From NCBI GenBank assembly GCA_963666285.1, contig OY762711.1: a stretch of DNA of 64,000 nt. One strand, given 5' to 3'. The position numbers were made by a program, and so were the translations under genes. Positions 31,610-41,293 of this stretch are shown here, one piece after another. Every line of letters begins with the position of its first letter. Positions within the stretch are counted from its first letter, which is position 1. The stretch is from Sedimentisphaerales bacterium (lineage in GTDB: Bacteria; Planctomycetota; Phycisphaerae; Sedimentisphaerales; SM23-30). The notes beneath the pieces are model-generated. The model did not search any database. It was not told the DNA's origin and saw nothing but the letters and a program-made list of their open reading frames with translations.

Positions 31610-32149
31610 ATTTCAATTTTAAGATGGCAGTGATATTGCATCAAGAAAATTGTTGGCGGCAATATTATACGCGGTAAAAGGTGGATATATCATCGTTAGT
31701 AAAATATCAAAGGTGTGAATTAGTTGTTATTTTAGATAAGTACTTGCCCTTCATCGGGTTAAGTGTTCTTTTTGAAGGACTTGCGTATGATATATGGTGA
31801 TGTTTGAATGACAATAATCAGAAGAAATTATCAATATTTCAAAAAAAAAAGTTTTTTTATTTAAATTGTCATTCTAATTGCCCATCCTGTAATAGAGCGG
31901 TAATGTAATCCAATTCCGCATCAATATATTTTTATTTATAGATCATTTTGGTATCTGACACAAATTAATAGGTCAAAGATGAAAATAATAGCGTTCAGGC
32001 TGTAAATACCTCTATTAGCTATTATTTATTAACTATGTTTTAGTTAAGTGATATGCATTGTTTAGGAAAACTCTAAGTATCATAAAAACAGGTATATTGT
32101 ATCCGTGGCGATATGCCGGTTTAACACTTTCACGGTTGGAGAGGTCAAT

Positions 32150-34285
32150 ATGAGAAAGGTAATTGTGTCGTTATTTGGTTTGCTTATAGCTGCAGCTTCA
32201 TTGAATGCTGAAATAATTGGCTATGAGAGTTTCAGCTATGATGATGGAACGGTAATTGACGGCCAAAGCGGAGGTTACGGCTGGGATTTTAATGGTCAAA
32301 GAATTTCCGGAGTTGGAGCCATGGAAAATCCATTACATGATGGTGCTCCATCAACATGGTCTGCGTTGGATGGTGATGGTGGTAATACTGTAACTGACGG
32401 CCAGGTCACGATAGATAAGGCGACCCATGGTCAGCTTATTCGTTTGTTTAATCCTGATGAATGGTACGGAGCATTGCGACCAGGCGGTGGCCCGTATTTC
32501 TTTGCAGTTACCATGATTAATAATACCCATAATCCATGGGGAGGTCTGTCAGTATATGATTTTGGTACAGAAAGACCTTACTGCGGCCTGATATATCAGC
32601 CAGATGAAAATGTTGTCCAGTTTTACGGCCTTGATACTGGAACAAGCGTTTCAACAAATGTGGCTGTAGAGCAGGGAGTACCAGCAAGAATAGTAATGTG
32701 TATAGATGCGAATATAGAAATAATCAGATTCTGGGTTAACCCTGACGGAGATGATGAAAATACGAATGAATCAGCCGATGCTTTTATATCATTTGCAGAT
32801 TCTGGTAGAATTGATAACGGCAACTGGATTTCAGGAGTGCGTCTGGCATGTGATATAAATGCATCATGGGATGACCTGGTAGTAGCGACCGAATTTGATG
32901 AAGTTTTTGTTAAGTCATCAGCTCCGGTTCCGGCGTACAAGGCGATGGATATTCCGGTAGCAGAAGACCTTGTAATGTCATGGAATACAGCTAATGCTGA
33001 CGATATTACATCATATAATGTTTATCTTGAAACTAACGATCCTAATCTGGATTATAAAACACCTATTACAACCATTACTTCATGGACTGGTGACAGAATC
33101 GAGTATGTTCTTGATCAGTCAATGTTGAATAAGGACGATATTTATTATTGGCGTGTTGATGGTGTTACCAGTACTGGTTTTGTCAAGAAAGGTCTGGCAT
33201 GGAAGTTTGAAACACTTAAATCATCACCAGTGATAAACAGTGCAACAGAATACCTGGTTGTTGCTGAGGGCGAAACTGCAGAGCTTTCAGTTGATGTTGC
33301 ATCGGAAACCCCGGAAACCTACCAGTGGTATAAATATGTTGACGGAGTTAATGATGATGACCTAAGCGGTAACACAACTGCTCAAACTGCAACACTTGTT
33401 ATTGATAATGTTACTTCCAGCGAAACCGGCGTATATTACTGTAAGGTCAACAACCTTTCAGGAATTGAAGTTGTTTCAGTAGATTGTGTGTTAGACATCC
33501 AGAGAGCGATTGCAAAATGGACATTCGAAAACAGTTATGAAAGTATAATTGACGGAAGTCCGGCTGTTATGCTGCTGAATGAGCCTAATTTCGTTGCAGG
33601 TTTTGACGGAATGGGTCTGGAATTTGACGGAACCGAAGCTTTGTTTACAGATCCGGCTGAAATTTCATACTTTAACAAGTGTAATATAAGTATGTCTGTA
33701 GCATGCTGGTTCAAATCAACCAATCCTGCTGACTGGGCAGCGATAGTGAGCCGATATGGAGAAAGTGGTCGCGGATGGCAGCTCAGAAAATTTGCATATA
33801 GCGGTGACGGCAGGAGCTTGTGTTTTACAACTCGCGGTACCGGCAATGAAGATGGTTCGCCAACAGATGCCAGGGGTATTGACGTATTTGACGGCGAATG
33901 GCACTTTATTGTAGGTACATTCGATGAAACCGTTAAGAAAGTATATGTTGATGGTTTTGAAGCTGCTTCAGATGCGATTACAGTACCTATAGCCTACGCA
34001 GATAATCCAGTAGCAATTGGTGGAAGAGCATATTATTCCGACGTGGATGAAGTATGGACAGTTGATACTGCTATGCAGTTTGTAGCTGATGATGTAACAA
34101 TCTACAATTATGCCTTGGACGCAATTGCTGTTGCTCAGATAGCTGCGAATGGATTGGGTACCGAAGTTTGTGTGACTTATCCTGAGATGGATTTGAATAC
34201 AGACTGTAAGATTACTATTGAAGATCTGGCTATAATTGCAGGCAATTGGCTGCTTGACAATAATGTTTACCCGGAAATTGAATAA
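32150..34285 (+). CDS. Secreted Ig + LamG-like jellyroll protein with dockerin-like C-terminus (paralog 1)
   Basis: GGAGAGG RBS before ATG 32150; signal peptide; YYWRVDG, YQWYK...GVYYCKV (Ig), WHFIVGTFD...VYVDG (LamG); C-terminal MDLNTDCKITIEDLAIIAGNWL. Confidence 0.82.
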   Translation: MRKVIVSLFGLLIAAASLNAEIIGYESFSYDDGTVIDGQSGGYGWDFNGQRISGVGAMENPLHDGAPSTWSALDGDGGNTVTDGQVTIDKATHGQLIRLFNPDEWYGALRPGGGPYFFAVTMINNTHNPWGGLSVYDFGTERPYCGLIYQPDENVVQFYGLDTGTSVSTNVAVEQGVPARIVMCIDANIEIIRFWVNPDGDDENTNESADAFISFADSGRIDNGNWISGVRLACDINASWDDLVVATEFDEVFVKSSAPVPAYKAMDIPVAEDLVMSWNTANADDITSYNVYLETNDPNLDYKTPITTITSWTGDRIEYVLDQSMLNKDDIYYWRVDGVTSTGFVKKGLAWKFETLKSSPVINSATEYLVVAEGETAELSVDVASETPETYQWYKYVDGVNDDDLSGNTTAQTATLVIDNVTSSETGVYYCKVNNLSGIEVVSVDCVLDIQRAIAKWTFENSYESIIDGSPAVMLLNEPNFVAGFDGMGLEFDGTEALFTDPAEISYFNKCNISMSVACWFKSTNPADWAAIVSRYGESGRGWQLRKFAYSGDGRSLCFTTRGTGNEDGSPTDARGIDVFDGEWHFIVGTFDETVKKVYVDGFEAASDAITVPIAYADNPVAIGGRAYYSDVDEVWTVDTAMQFVADDVTIYNYALDAIAVAQIAANGLGTEVCVTYPEMDLNTDCKITIEDLAIIAGNWLLDNNVYPEIE

Positions 34286-34310
34286 TAATCGGTTATTTTG
34301 TTAGAAATTG

Positions 34311-34341
34311 TGAGCTCTCCGTTAAATATACGGAGAGCTCA
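34311..34341 (+). terminator. Perfect 12-bp hairpin after LamG gene 1 (terminator or mRNA stabiliser)
   Basis: TGAGCTCTCCGT-taaatat-ACGGAGAGCTCA followed by only TTT. Confidence 0.6.
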
Positions 34342-34404
34342 TTTAAAACTATATATAATAGCTACATTAAATATATTGATTGATTAAAAAGTGATAAAGG
34401 CAGA

Positions 34405-34929
34405 ATGTCGAATTCAGAAAATAACAATTTTTTGAAATTACTTATCCCAGGCCAAAAGAGGATATTTTCATATATAGTTCGGTTGATACCTAATTATGCA
34501 GATGCAGAAGATGTGATGCAGGAGGTTGTCGAATTGTTATGGAAGAAGTTTTCTGAATTTAAGCCGGATACAGATTTTTTAGCATGGGCTTTGGTAATTG
34601 CGAGATATAAAGTCTATGAATATTACAAAGAAAATAAGAGGAGCAAGCAGAGACTGAGTAATGAAACAGTTAGAATTCTTGAGAAGGAAGCGCAGCTTCA
34701 GGATAAACAAGAAGACTTTCGTATAGATGCCATAAAGAAATGCGTATTAAAGCTTAATTCAAGTGATTATAAAATAGTTAAGCTTCGCTATGAGCTAAAT
34801 GAAAAAGTTACAAATATTGCTGTGCAATACGGATGTTCAGTCCAGAGTATCTACAATAATTTAACCCGTATTCATGATGCTTTGATGCTTTGTGTCAAAC
34901 GCCATATGCGTCAGGAGGACATTCTATGA
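34405..34929 (+). CDS. ECF sigma-70 factor (planctomycete/verrucomicrobial type), paralog 1
   Basis: IFSYIVRLIPNYADAEDVMQEV..LWKKF..F..TDFLAWALVIAR; region 4 IKKCVLKL...IVKLRY...SIYNNLTRIH..LMLCV. Confidence 0.9.
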   Translation: MSNSENNNFLKLLIPGQKRIFSYIVRLIPNYADAEDVMQEVVELLWKKFSEFKPDTDFLAWALVIARYKVYEYYKENKRSKQRLSNETVRILEKEAQLQDKQEDFRIDAIKKCVLKLNSSDYKIVKLRYELNEKVTNIAVQYGCSVQSIYNNLTRIHDALMLCVKRHMRQEDIL

Positions 34930-36605
34930 CTCATGACGAGAAAAAAGAATATGGAAAGATGATTCTTTTGGCACTTGACGGGCTAATGGATAATGAACAG
35001 TTTGCAGAATTTGACAGGAAATTGAGAGAGGATGCTTCATTCAGGCATTATTATCTGGAATTTATGAGCGTTAATTCTTCATTAAACGCCATCGATAAGT
35101 TTCCGGTGAGGCGTTATCCTGATGACAGCTTTATTGATAGTGAGATACTGAACCTGTTTGCTGAGATAGAAAACAATTCTCCGGCGATAATATTCCCGGA
35201 AGAGTGTGACGCAGAGGGCAAAGCGGAAGTTGGCAAAATTGTTCATAAAGAAATAAAAACTAATAAATTCTTCAGGATATATAACAGGCTTGTTTCAGCG
35301 GCGGCTGTGCTGTTATTGGCTTTTATCCTTTATGCTCATATCTTTCCACCTAAATATAGTGTGCCGGTTGCAACCGTTACAGACCAGGTTGGAGTGAAAT
35401 GGAAAAGCAGTTCGGAAAAATTAGTTACAGGTGGAGATTTACTGACAAATCAGCCACCATACATTTTGGAGAAAGGTATTGTAAAAATTGCTTATCACCA
35501 GGGTGTTAATGTTGTCATAGAAGGTCCGGCCGAGTTCCAGATTCTTACAGAGGACAGGCTTGGCCTGAAAAGCGGTAAAGTATATTCGGTTGTAGCAAAA
35601 GAGGGTACCGGTTTTTCCGTTTATACGCAAAATGCAAAAGTGGTTGATCTTGGGACAGAGTTTGGAGTATATGCAGATTCAAACGGTGATACATCGATAC
35701 ATGTAATAAAAGGCAAGACAATGCTGATAGCCGGTAATGAGTCAGATACTGTCAGTCTTTCTATAGAAAAGGGTTATGCCAAGCGGGTGCTGGCAAATAA
35801 ACAGACAATAGCTGATATTTCCTGCGAAGAGGAGCTGTTTGTTCGTGAAATTGATTCCAATAGTAATTTTATCTGGCGAGGCCGAAATTATATATGTTTG
35901 GCTGATATTGTCAGTGGAGGAGATGGTTTTGGTGCCGGCAGGAAAGATTATGGTATAGATATTCTGACCGGTAATTTGCAGTATTTTCCAGAGACACGAG
36001 AGACGTATGATAAAAACAACAAGTATGTCCTGGCAAAAAATATTAAATATATTGACGGGGTTTTTGTGCCAAATGGCGGAGTTGAAAATCCTGTTATTAC
36101 ATCAACGGGAATATCTTTTAGCGGTTTCCCGAAGACAGGCGGAGAAGTATGGGGTGGAGTATTTAACGGCTGTTTCCATATGTCATATAATGTAAAGAGG
36201 CACAATTTTAGAATGAATGGCAGAGAGTATGGTTATAAATCAGGCGAGGCTTCGATATGCATGCACAGTAATAAAGGGATTACATTTAGTTTAGATGCAA
36301 TTAGAAGTGATATAAATGCGTTTCAGTTGAATGGTTTTTCTACAGAAGTGGCTGTATCTGAAACGAGCCTGGAATATCTGGGCGAGAATAGTACAAATAA
36401 AATAGATTTTTATGTGATAGTAGACGGACAGCAAAGGTATTGTAATAAAGAAATTGATCCGGGTTCAGGACTTGTTAAAGTAGAAGTTCCAATACAAGAA
36501 AGTGACAGGTTCCTTACGCTTGCTGTAACGGAAAGTAATGATGGCGCCGCTTTCGACTGGTGTTATCTAAAAGATCCCAAATTAAGCCTTACCGGACCAA
36601 AATAA
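34926..36605 (+). CDS. FecR-domain anti-sigma factor with C-terminal carbohydrate-binding-like (NPCBM/NEW2-like) domain, paralog 1
   Basis: ATGA overlap with the sigma gene; short cytoplasmic domain, TM, IEGPAEF..GFSVYTQNAKVVDLGTEFGV..HVIKGK; C-terminal MHSNKGITFSLDAIR...FYVIVDGQ...RFLTLAVT. Confidence 0.85.
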   Translation: MTHDEKKEYGKMILLALDGLMDNEQFAEFDRKLREDASFRHYYLEFMSVNSSLNAIDKFPVRRYPDDSFIDSEILNLFAEIENNSPAIIFPEECDAEGKAEVGKIVHKEIKTNKFFRIYNRLVSAAAVLLLAFILYAHIFPPKYSVPVATVTDQVGVKWKSSSEKLVTGGDLLTNQPPYILEKGIVKIAYHQGVNVVIEGPAEFQILTEDRLGLKSGKVYSVVAKEGTGFSVYTQNAKVVDLGTEFGVYADSNGDTSIHVIKGKTMLIAGNESDTVSLSIEKGYAKRVLANKQTIADISCEEELFVREIDSNSNFIWRGRNYICLADIVSGGDGFGAGRKDYGIDILTGNLQYFPETRETYDKNNKYVLAKNIKYIDGVFVPNGGVENPVITSTGISFSGFPKTGGEVWGGVFNGCFHMSYNVKRHNFRMNGREYGYKSGEASICMHSNKGITFSLDAIRSDINAFQLNGFSTEVAVSETSLEYLGENSTNKIDFYVIVDGQQRYCNKEIDPGSGLVKVEVPIQESDRFLTLAVTESNDGAAFDWCYLKDPKLSLTGPK

Positions 36606-36754
36606 ATAGTTCTTTTATTGCCCCAGAGTTGAAAAAAGTAATTTAGTTCAACAATGAACTGAACATTCCTTATATGTATTAACGTAATTTCCCGGACAAT
36701 TATTAGTTGAATTTTTAAAAGATAGATATTATAGTAACCAGAGAGTATTGAAGT

Positions 36755-39700
36755 ATGAAAGAATTTGTGAAGTTATCGAAGATTGTAAGTTGTATTTTGG
36801 TTGTTTTAGCTGTGTTGAGCTGTTCGGCAGTATATGCTGAAGTTCAAGAGCAGGTTATCGGTGATGTCCGGGTACAGGTATTAACGCCAACTCTCGTTAG
36901 AATAGAGTTGAAAGGTCCAAATGGTTTTGAAGATCGTGAGACTTTCCATGTAGTAAATCGCAGCTGGCCAGGAGCAGAGGTTGACCGAGTAGTCAGTAAT
37001 GGTTTTATCAATATATCTACATCGAATTTCATCGTAAAAGTGCCGGAAACACCGGATGGTTTGAAAGGGATAGTGATTTCTGATTCTGTCGGAACAGTTA
37101 TCTGGGAGATGCCGGATTATTCAGAGTATACAACTTTGAAATGCCGCTGGCCCGAGATAGGCGATGCATATCTTTATGATGCCGGTGACAAAGTTGGTTA
37201 CGGCTCGGTAATAACAGATGACAGCTATTTGTGGAAGCTGGAAAGTGCTGACGGTTATACACAGATTCGCAACAAGGCGACCGGCGATTATATGAATATC
37301 GAGAACCTCTATGATTGTGTGGAGTGCGGACCGGTGCCAAGTCACTGGCATAGCAAGGACTGGATCTTAACTACTGTTGATGGTTACAAGTCAATAAAAT
37401 GCAGGTGGGGTGACCACCAGGATATTATCCATATCGAGAATCAGAAAGGATATGCCGAACATTCACCGGCAGATACCACCAACCAGGATGGTAAAACGGT
37501 AGATGGCTGGTGGAGTGCGTTGTGGGGTATTACAGGTTCAGGCTCAGATTTCTTTACTAATAACAGGCACTGGCTGCCGCATCCGCAGGATCAGACAACC
37601 GCCTGGGCTATTTGTGATACACCTCGATATGTTCCGTCGGAATGGGGGTACAGTCCGGCACCTGAAGGAGCAGATAACTACCAGACAAATGGCTGGGACA
37701 TGTCAAATGATTCCAAAGATGTTTATGTTTTTTTACCGGGCGGTGACAGTAAACTATTGCGTAAAGAGTTTCTTGACCTTACCGGCAGGGCAGAGCTTAT
37801 GCCTTTGTATGCTTTTGGCGGTTGGGACAGCAGATATTATCCCTATACTCAGCAGGAAGCACTGGACAAGATTGACAGGTTTCGCTCAGAACAGATTCCG
37901 CTCGATGTTTTTGTTGTGGATACTGACTGGCGGGTTGGTGCCTCACATGGTTATGGCGTAAATACTGACCTTTTCCCTGATATGGAGCAGTTTCTTAGTG
38001 ACGCCCATGCGAAGAATACCATGATCACTTTTAATGACCACCCGGAACCGCAGGCCGATAGTGTATTGGACCCGGTTGAGGTTAGTTATCGATATGAAAA
38101 TCTTCGTGGATTATTTGATATTGGGCTGAATTTCTGGTGGTTTGACAGAAACTGGCATACCTGTATTGTCCCTCCGGACGGCATAAACAAGGAAGTATTT
38201 GGTATGTATTTGTACCATTGGGTTACCCGGGATTATTATCCGGACAGGCGTCCAATGATAATGGCTAATTTTGATGGTATTGACAACGGTCCGATTAACA
38301 GGGCTCCGAATATTGCCGCCCACCGGTTTACCATGCAGTGGACCGGTGATACCTATAATCATTTTGATTCACTTCGCCAGGAGATAACAGATGCAGTTTA
38401 TACTGGTGTATTTGCACCGTTTGGCTATCTGAGTACTGATTTGGGCGGTCATATGGGAGAAACGACAACCGAGCAATATTGCCGCTGGGTGCAGTATGGG
38501 GCATTGTCTCCTGTATTCAGGCTGCATTGTACAAGGGGGCTGACCAGGGATCCTTGGGAGTTTGCCGATCCTTGCCTGGAGGTTGTGAAAAAATTTGTTC
38601 AAATGAGAATGCGTTTACTGCCGTTATTTTACAGTTCGGCAAGAGAAAACTATGAAACAGGTGAGCCGATTCTAAGACGCTGTGACTTGGATTACCCTGG
38701 CTATGATCAGGCAAAAGATAACTTGCAGTATATGCTGGGCAAAGGTATTCTGGTTGCTCCAGTTTGTGATGGTGGTGGTAAGGCGGTTGAAAGTGACTGG
38801 CTGACCACTGCTGGTGGTAATCCGGGTTTAATTGCAAGCTATTATAACAATATGGAACTTTCCGGAACTTCCATTACCAGAATAGAATCCCAGGTTGATT
38901 TCAATTGGGGAGCTTCAAATCCGGTAGATGGAATTGGGGCTGATAGTTTTAGTGTTCGTATAACTGGAAATGTAGAAGTTAAAACTGCTTATCCTGTTCA
39001 ATTTGGTATTACCACTGATGACGGCTGCAGGCTTTGGATAGACGGTCAGCTTGTGATAGATCAATGGCAAGATCAGGCATCAACAACTTACTGGACTGAG
39101 CAAACGTATCAGCCAGGCCAGAAATGTTCTGTGAAAATTGAGTATTTTGAGAATAGTGGAAATGCTGAATGCAGGCTTATTTGCCAGAAGGATGCTACCG
39201 GTGGTATAGATAGAGAGCTATGGCTTCCTCCTGGCACCTGGGTTGACAGCTGGACCGGCCAGATCTTTACCGGGCCGGCAGATATCACTAGAGCTGTACC
39301 TCTGACAGAAATGCCTATCTATGTAAAAGCCGGTACTATTATTCCACTGGCACCGGATATGCAGTATACTAATGAAAAACCATGGGGCACTGTCACGCTG
39401 GATGTTTATCCTGATGTGAACAATACGGCCGAAGCTGTTTTGTACGAAGATGACAGGATGTCAAACGAATATAAAGGTAGTGCTTATCGCAAGACAAATC
39501 TGGCTGCTTCTGTAGATAACCGTATGCATAAGGTTATTATTGATATATCTGCTGTAGAAGGAGATTATGAAGGAGCGTTAGGTGAAAGGGCTTGGTCTAT
39601 TCGTTTGCGTCAGCCGTTAAACTGGCAGGGCAAATATAAAGTTAAATCCGTAAAGTTAAATGGCAATTCTTATAGTTACCAGATTGTTAAGCGTAATCCT

Positions 39701-40531
39701 GGGGCTATGCCGTTTACTGTAAGTGGCGGAGCATCTGATTCAGATGTGATATTGATTAATATTCCAAATGTGTCAGTTGATGAAGCTCAAAATATTGAAG
39801 TTGAACTTGAAAAAGTCTGGGATGTTTCGACTGTAGGGGTAAGCGATTTATTAGGAATATGCGGCTATCCATCAACAAATATGACATTAACCGGATACGG
39901 TTCAGGTATATCAGATACCAACATTTCTTTTTTTTTTATAAGTCAGCCTGCAGCTGACAACCTCCATGTACTGGCTAAGCTTGATTCGCTGTCTTCTGAC
40001 AGCGTTTCAGCTACAGCTGGTATTATGTGCAGGAGTGGGCTGGATGAAGACTCGTCATTTGCTGCAGTCATTATTGACAAAGCTGGTAGCCTAAGGAGTG
40101 TCCTAAGGCAATCAGATGCCCAGTCTTTGGTCAGCAATGTTCTTATTGAGTCGGGCTCTGCAGGTAAATGGCTTAAGATGGTGCGAGTTAATGGTTCATT
40201 TAAATGTCTTATATCATCGGACAATAGTGAATGGGAGGAACTGGCAAGTCTGGATGCCGATATGCCGGACAATATCGTTGCCGGCTTAATGGTTTCTTCA
40301 GGTAGCATGGATTTGTCAGCAACAGCAGAATTCAGCGGAATAGAAATAGTAGATAGTTTATCCACTGATATTAGCGGAGATGGCAGGGTGGATGTATCTG
40401 ATTTAAGTTTGCTGGTTGAAAGCTGGCTGAATACAAACTGTTATCAGAATAACTGGTGCTCTTATGCTGATATTAATATGGATGATACAGTAGATCTTGA
40501 AGACTTTTCTGTTATGGCAGGCAGCTGGTAG
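36755..40531 (+). CDS. Multidomain GH31 glycoside hydrolase (beta-trefoil insert, PA14 insert, DUF5110-like, beta-sandwich, double dockerin-like repeat)
   Basis: GGWDSRYYPY, IPLDVFVVDTDW, FWWFDRNW (nucleophile region), QWTGDT (acid/base), RWVQYG..FRLH; PA14 YYNNMELSG..VDFNWG..FSVRITG..TDDGCRLWIDG; LYEDD; two DIxxDxxVDxxD repeats. Confidence 0.9.
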   Translation: MKEFVKLSKIVSCILVVLAVLSCSAVYAEVQEQVIGDVRVQVLTPTLVRIELKGPNGFEDRETFHVVNRSWPGAEVDRVVSNGFINISTSNFIVKVPETPDGLKGIVISDSVGTVIWEMPDYSEYTTLKCRWPEIGDAYLYDAGDKVGYGSVITDDSYLWKLESADGYTQIRNKATGDYMNIENLYDCVECGPVPSHWHSKDWILTTVDGYKSIKCRWGDHQDIIHIENQKGYAEHSPADTTNQDGKTVDGWWSALWGITGSGSDFFTNNRHWLPHPQDQTTAWAICDTPRYVPSEWGYSPAPEGADNYQTNGWDMSNDSKDVYVFLPGGDSKLLRKEFLDLTGRAELMPLYAFGGWDSRYYPYTQQEALDKIDRFRSEQIPLDVFVVDTDWRVGASHGYGVNTDLFPDMEQFLSDAHAKNTMITFNDHPEPQADSVLDPVEVSYRYENLRGLFDIGLNFWWFDRNWHTCIVPPDGINKEVFGMYLYHWVTRDYYPDRRPMIMANFDGIDNGPINRAPNIAAHRFTMQWTGDTYNHFDSLRQEITDAVYTGVFAPFGYLSTDLGGHMGETTTEQYCRWVQYGALSPVFRLHCTRGLTRDPWEFADPCLEVVKKFVQMRMRLLPLFYSSARENYETGEPILRRCDLDYPGYDQAKDNLQYMLGKGILVAPVCDGGGKAVESDWLTTAGGNPGLIASYYNNMELSGTSITRIESQVDFNWGASNPVDGIGADSFSVRITGNVEVKTAYPVQFGITTDDGCRLWIDGQLVIDQWQDQASTTYWTEQTYQPGQKCSVKIEYFENSGNAECRLICQKDATGGIDRELWLPPGTWVDSWTGQIFTGPADITRAVPLTEMPIYVKAGTIIPLAPDMQYTNEKPWGTVTLDVYPDVNNTAEAVLYEDDRMSNEYKGSAYRKTNLAASVDNRMHKVIIDISAVEGDYEGALGERAWSIRLRQPLNWQGKYKVKSVKLNGNSYSYQIVKRNPGAMPFTVSGGASDSDVILINIPNVSVDEAQNIEVELEKVWDVSTVGVSDLLGICGYPSTNMTLTGYGSGISDTNISFFFISQPAADNLHVLAKLDSLSSDSVSATAGIMCRSGLDEDSSFAAVIIDKAGSLRSVLRQSDAQSLVSNVLIESGSAGKWLKMVRVNGSFKCLISSDNSEWEELASLDADMPDNIVAGLMVSSGSMDLSATAEFSGIEIVDSLSTDISGDGRVDVSDLSLLVESWLNTNCYQNNWCSYADINMDDTVDLEDFSVMAGSW

Positions 40532-40747
40532 AAGGTCTGATAATTTGAGTGTAATTGCAGGTGGTCACACAATTCTTTTCGCTCTAATCTAATTATCAGG
40601 GAGTATCTGCCCGATATTATTCGAGGTGGATGTCTACTCGTTAAGCAGTATTATTTAGCTATTTTACAAAAAATATAAAAAAGTACGCACTATTTGCGTC
40701 TGTTTGGGTATATCCTATTGAAAATAATTCAAAAGTGATGATTTTGT

Positions 40748-41293
40748 ATGAATAGAGAGAGTAAAGATAATCAAATAATGAGCATAAATGACAGAAAGTA
40801 CAGGAGTTATATTCAACTTTTGACAGCTAATCAAAGGAGGATATACGGTTTTATTTATGCTATGTTATCAGACCATTCCGTCGCAGAAGATATTCTTCAG
40901 GAAACAACGATGTTTATGTGGGAGAATTTCGATAAATTTCAGGAAGGTACTAATTTTTCGGCATGGGGTATCAGTATTGCGAGAAATTTTGTCCTGAAGC
41001 ATTGCAGAAGCCGGAAGAACAAGGCAATGTTGTTTGACAGCGAGGTACTGGAAAACCTTGAAGAGCAATCTGATATATTTGAATTTCAGGAAGAGCAGTT
41101 TGACGCGTTGAAGAAGTGTTTTAAGAAACTTCGGGAGGTAGATCGTCAATTAATGCAAATGAGGTACATTGATAAAATAAAAATAAAGTCAATCTCTGAA
41201 AGATTCAATCTTTCGACCAGTCATTTATATAGAGGCATTGCTAAAATAAACAATAATCTTCTTAAATGTATTAAACGCCAACTTTCAGCGTAA
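40748..41293 (+). CDS. ECF sigma-70 factor, paralog 2
   Basis: QRRIYGFIYAML....AEDILQET..MWENFDKFQEGTNFSAWGISIAR; LKKCFKKL...LMQMRY. Confidence 0.9.
   Translation: MNRESKDNQIMSINDRKYRSYIQLLTANQRRIYGFIYAMLSDHSVAEDILQETTMFMWENFDKFQEGTNFSAWGISIARNFVLKHCRSRKNKAMLFDSEVLENLEEQSDIFEFQEEQFDALKKCFKKLREVDRQLMQMRYIDKIKIKSISERFNLSTSHLYRGIAKINNNLLKCIKRQLSA

Noticed and set aside
40601..40639. Imperfect hairpin upstream of sigma-2
   Set aside because: Several bulges, no T-run and no riboswitch consensus recognised.
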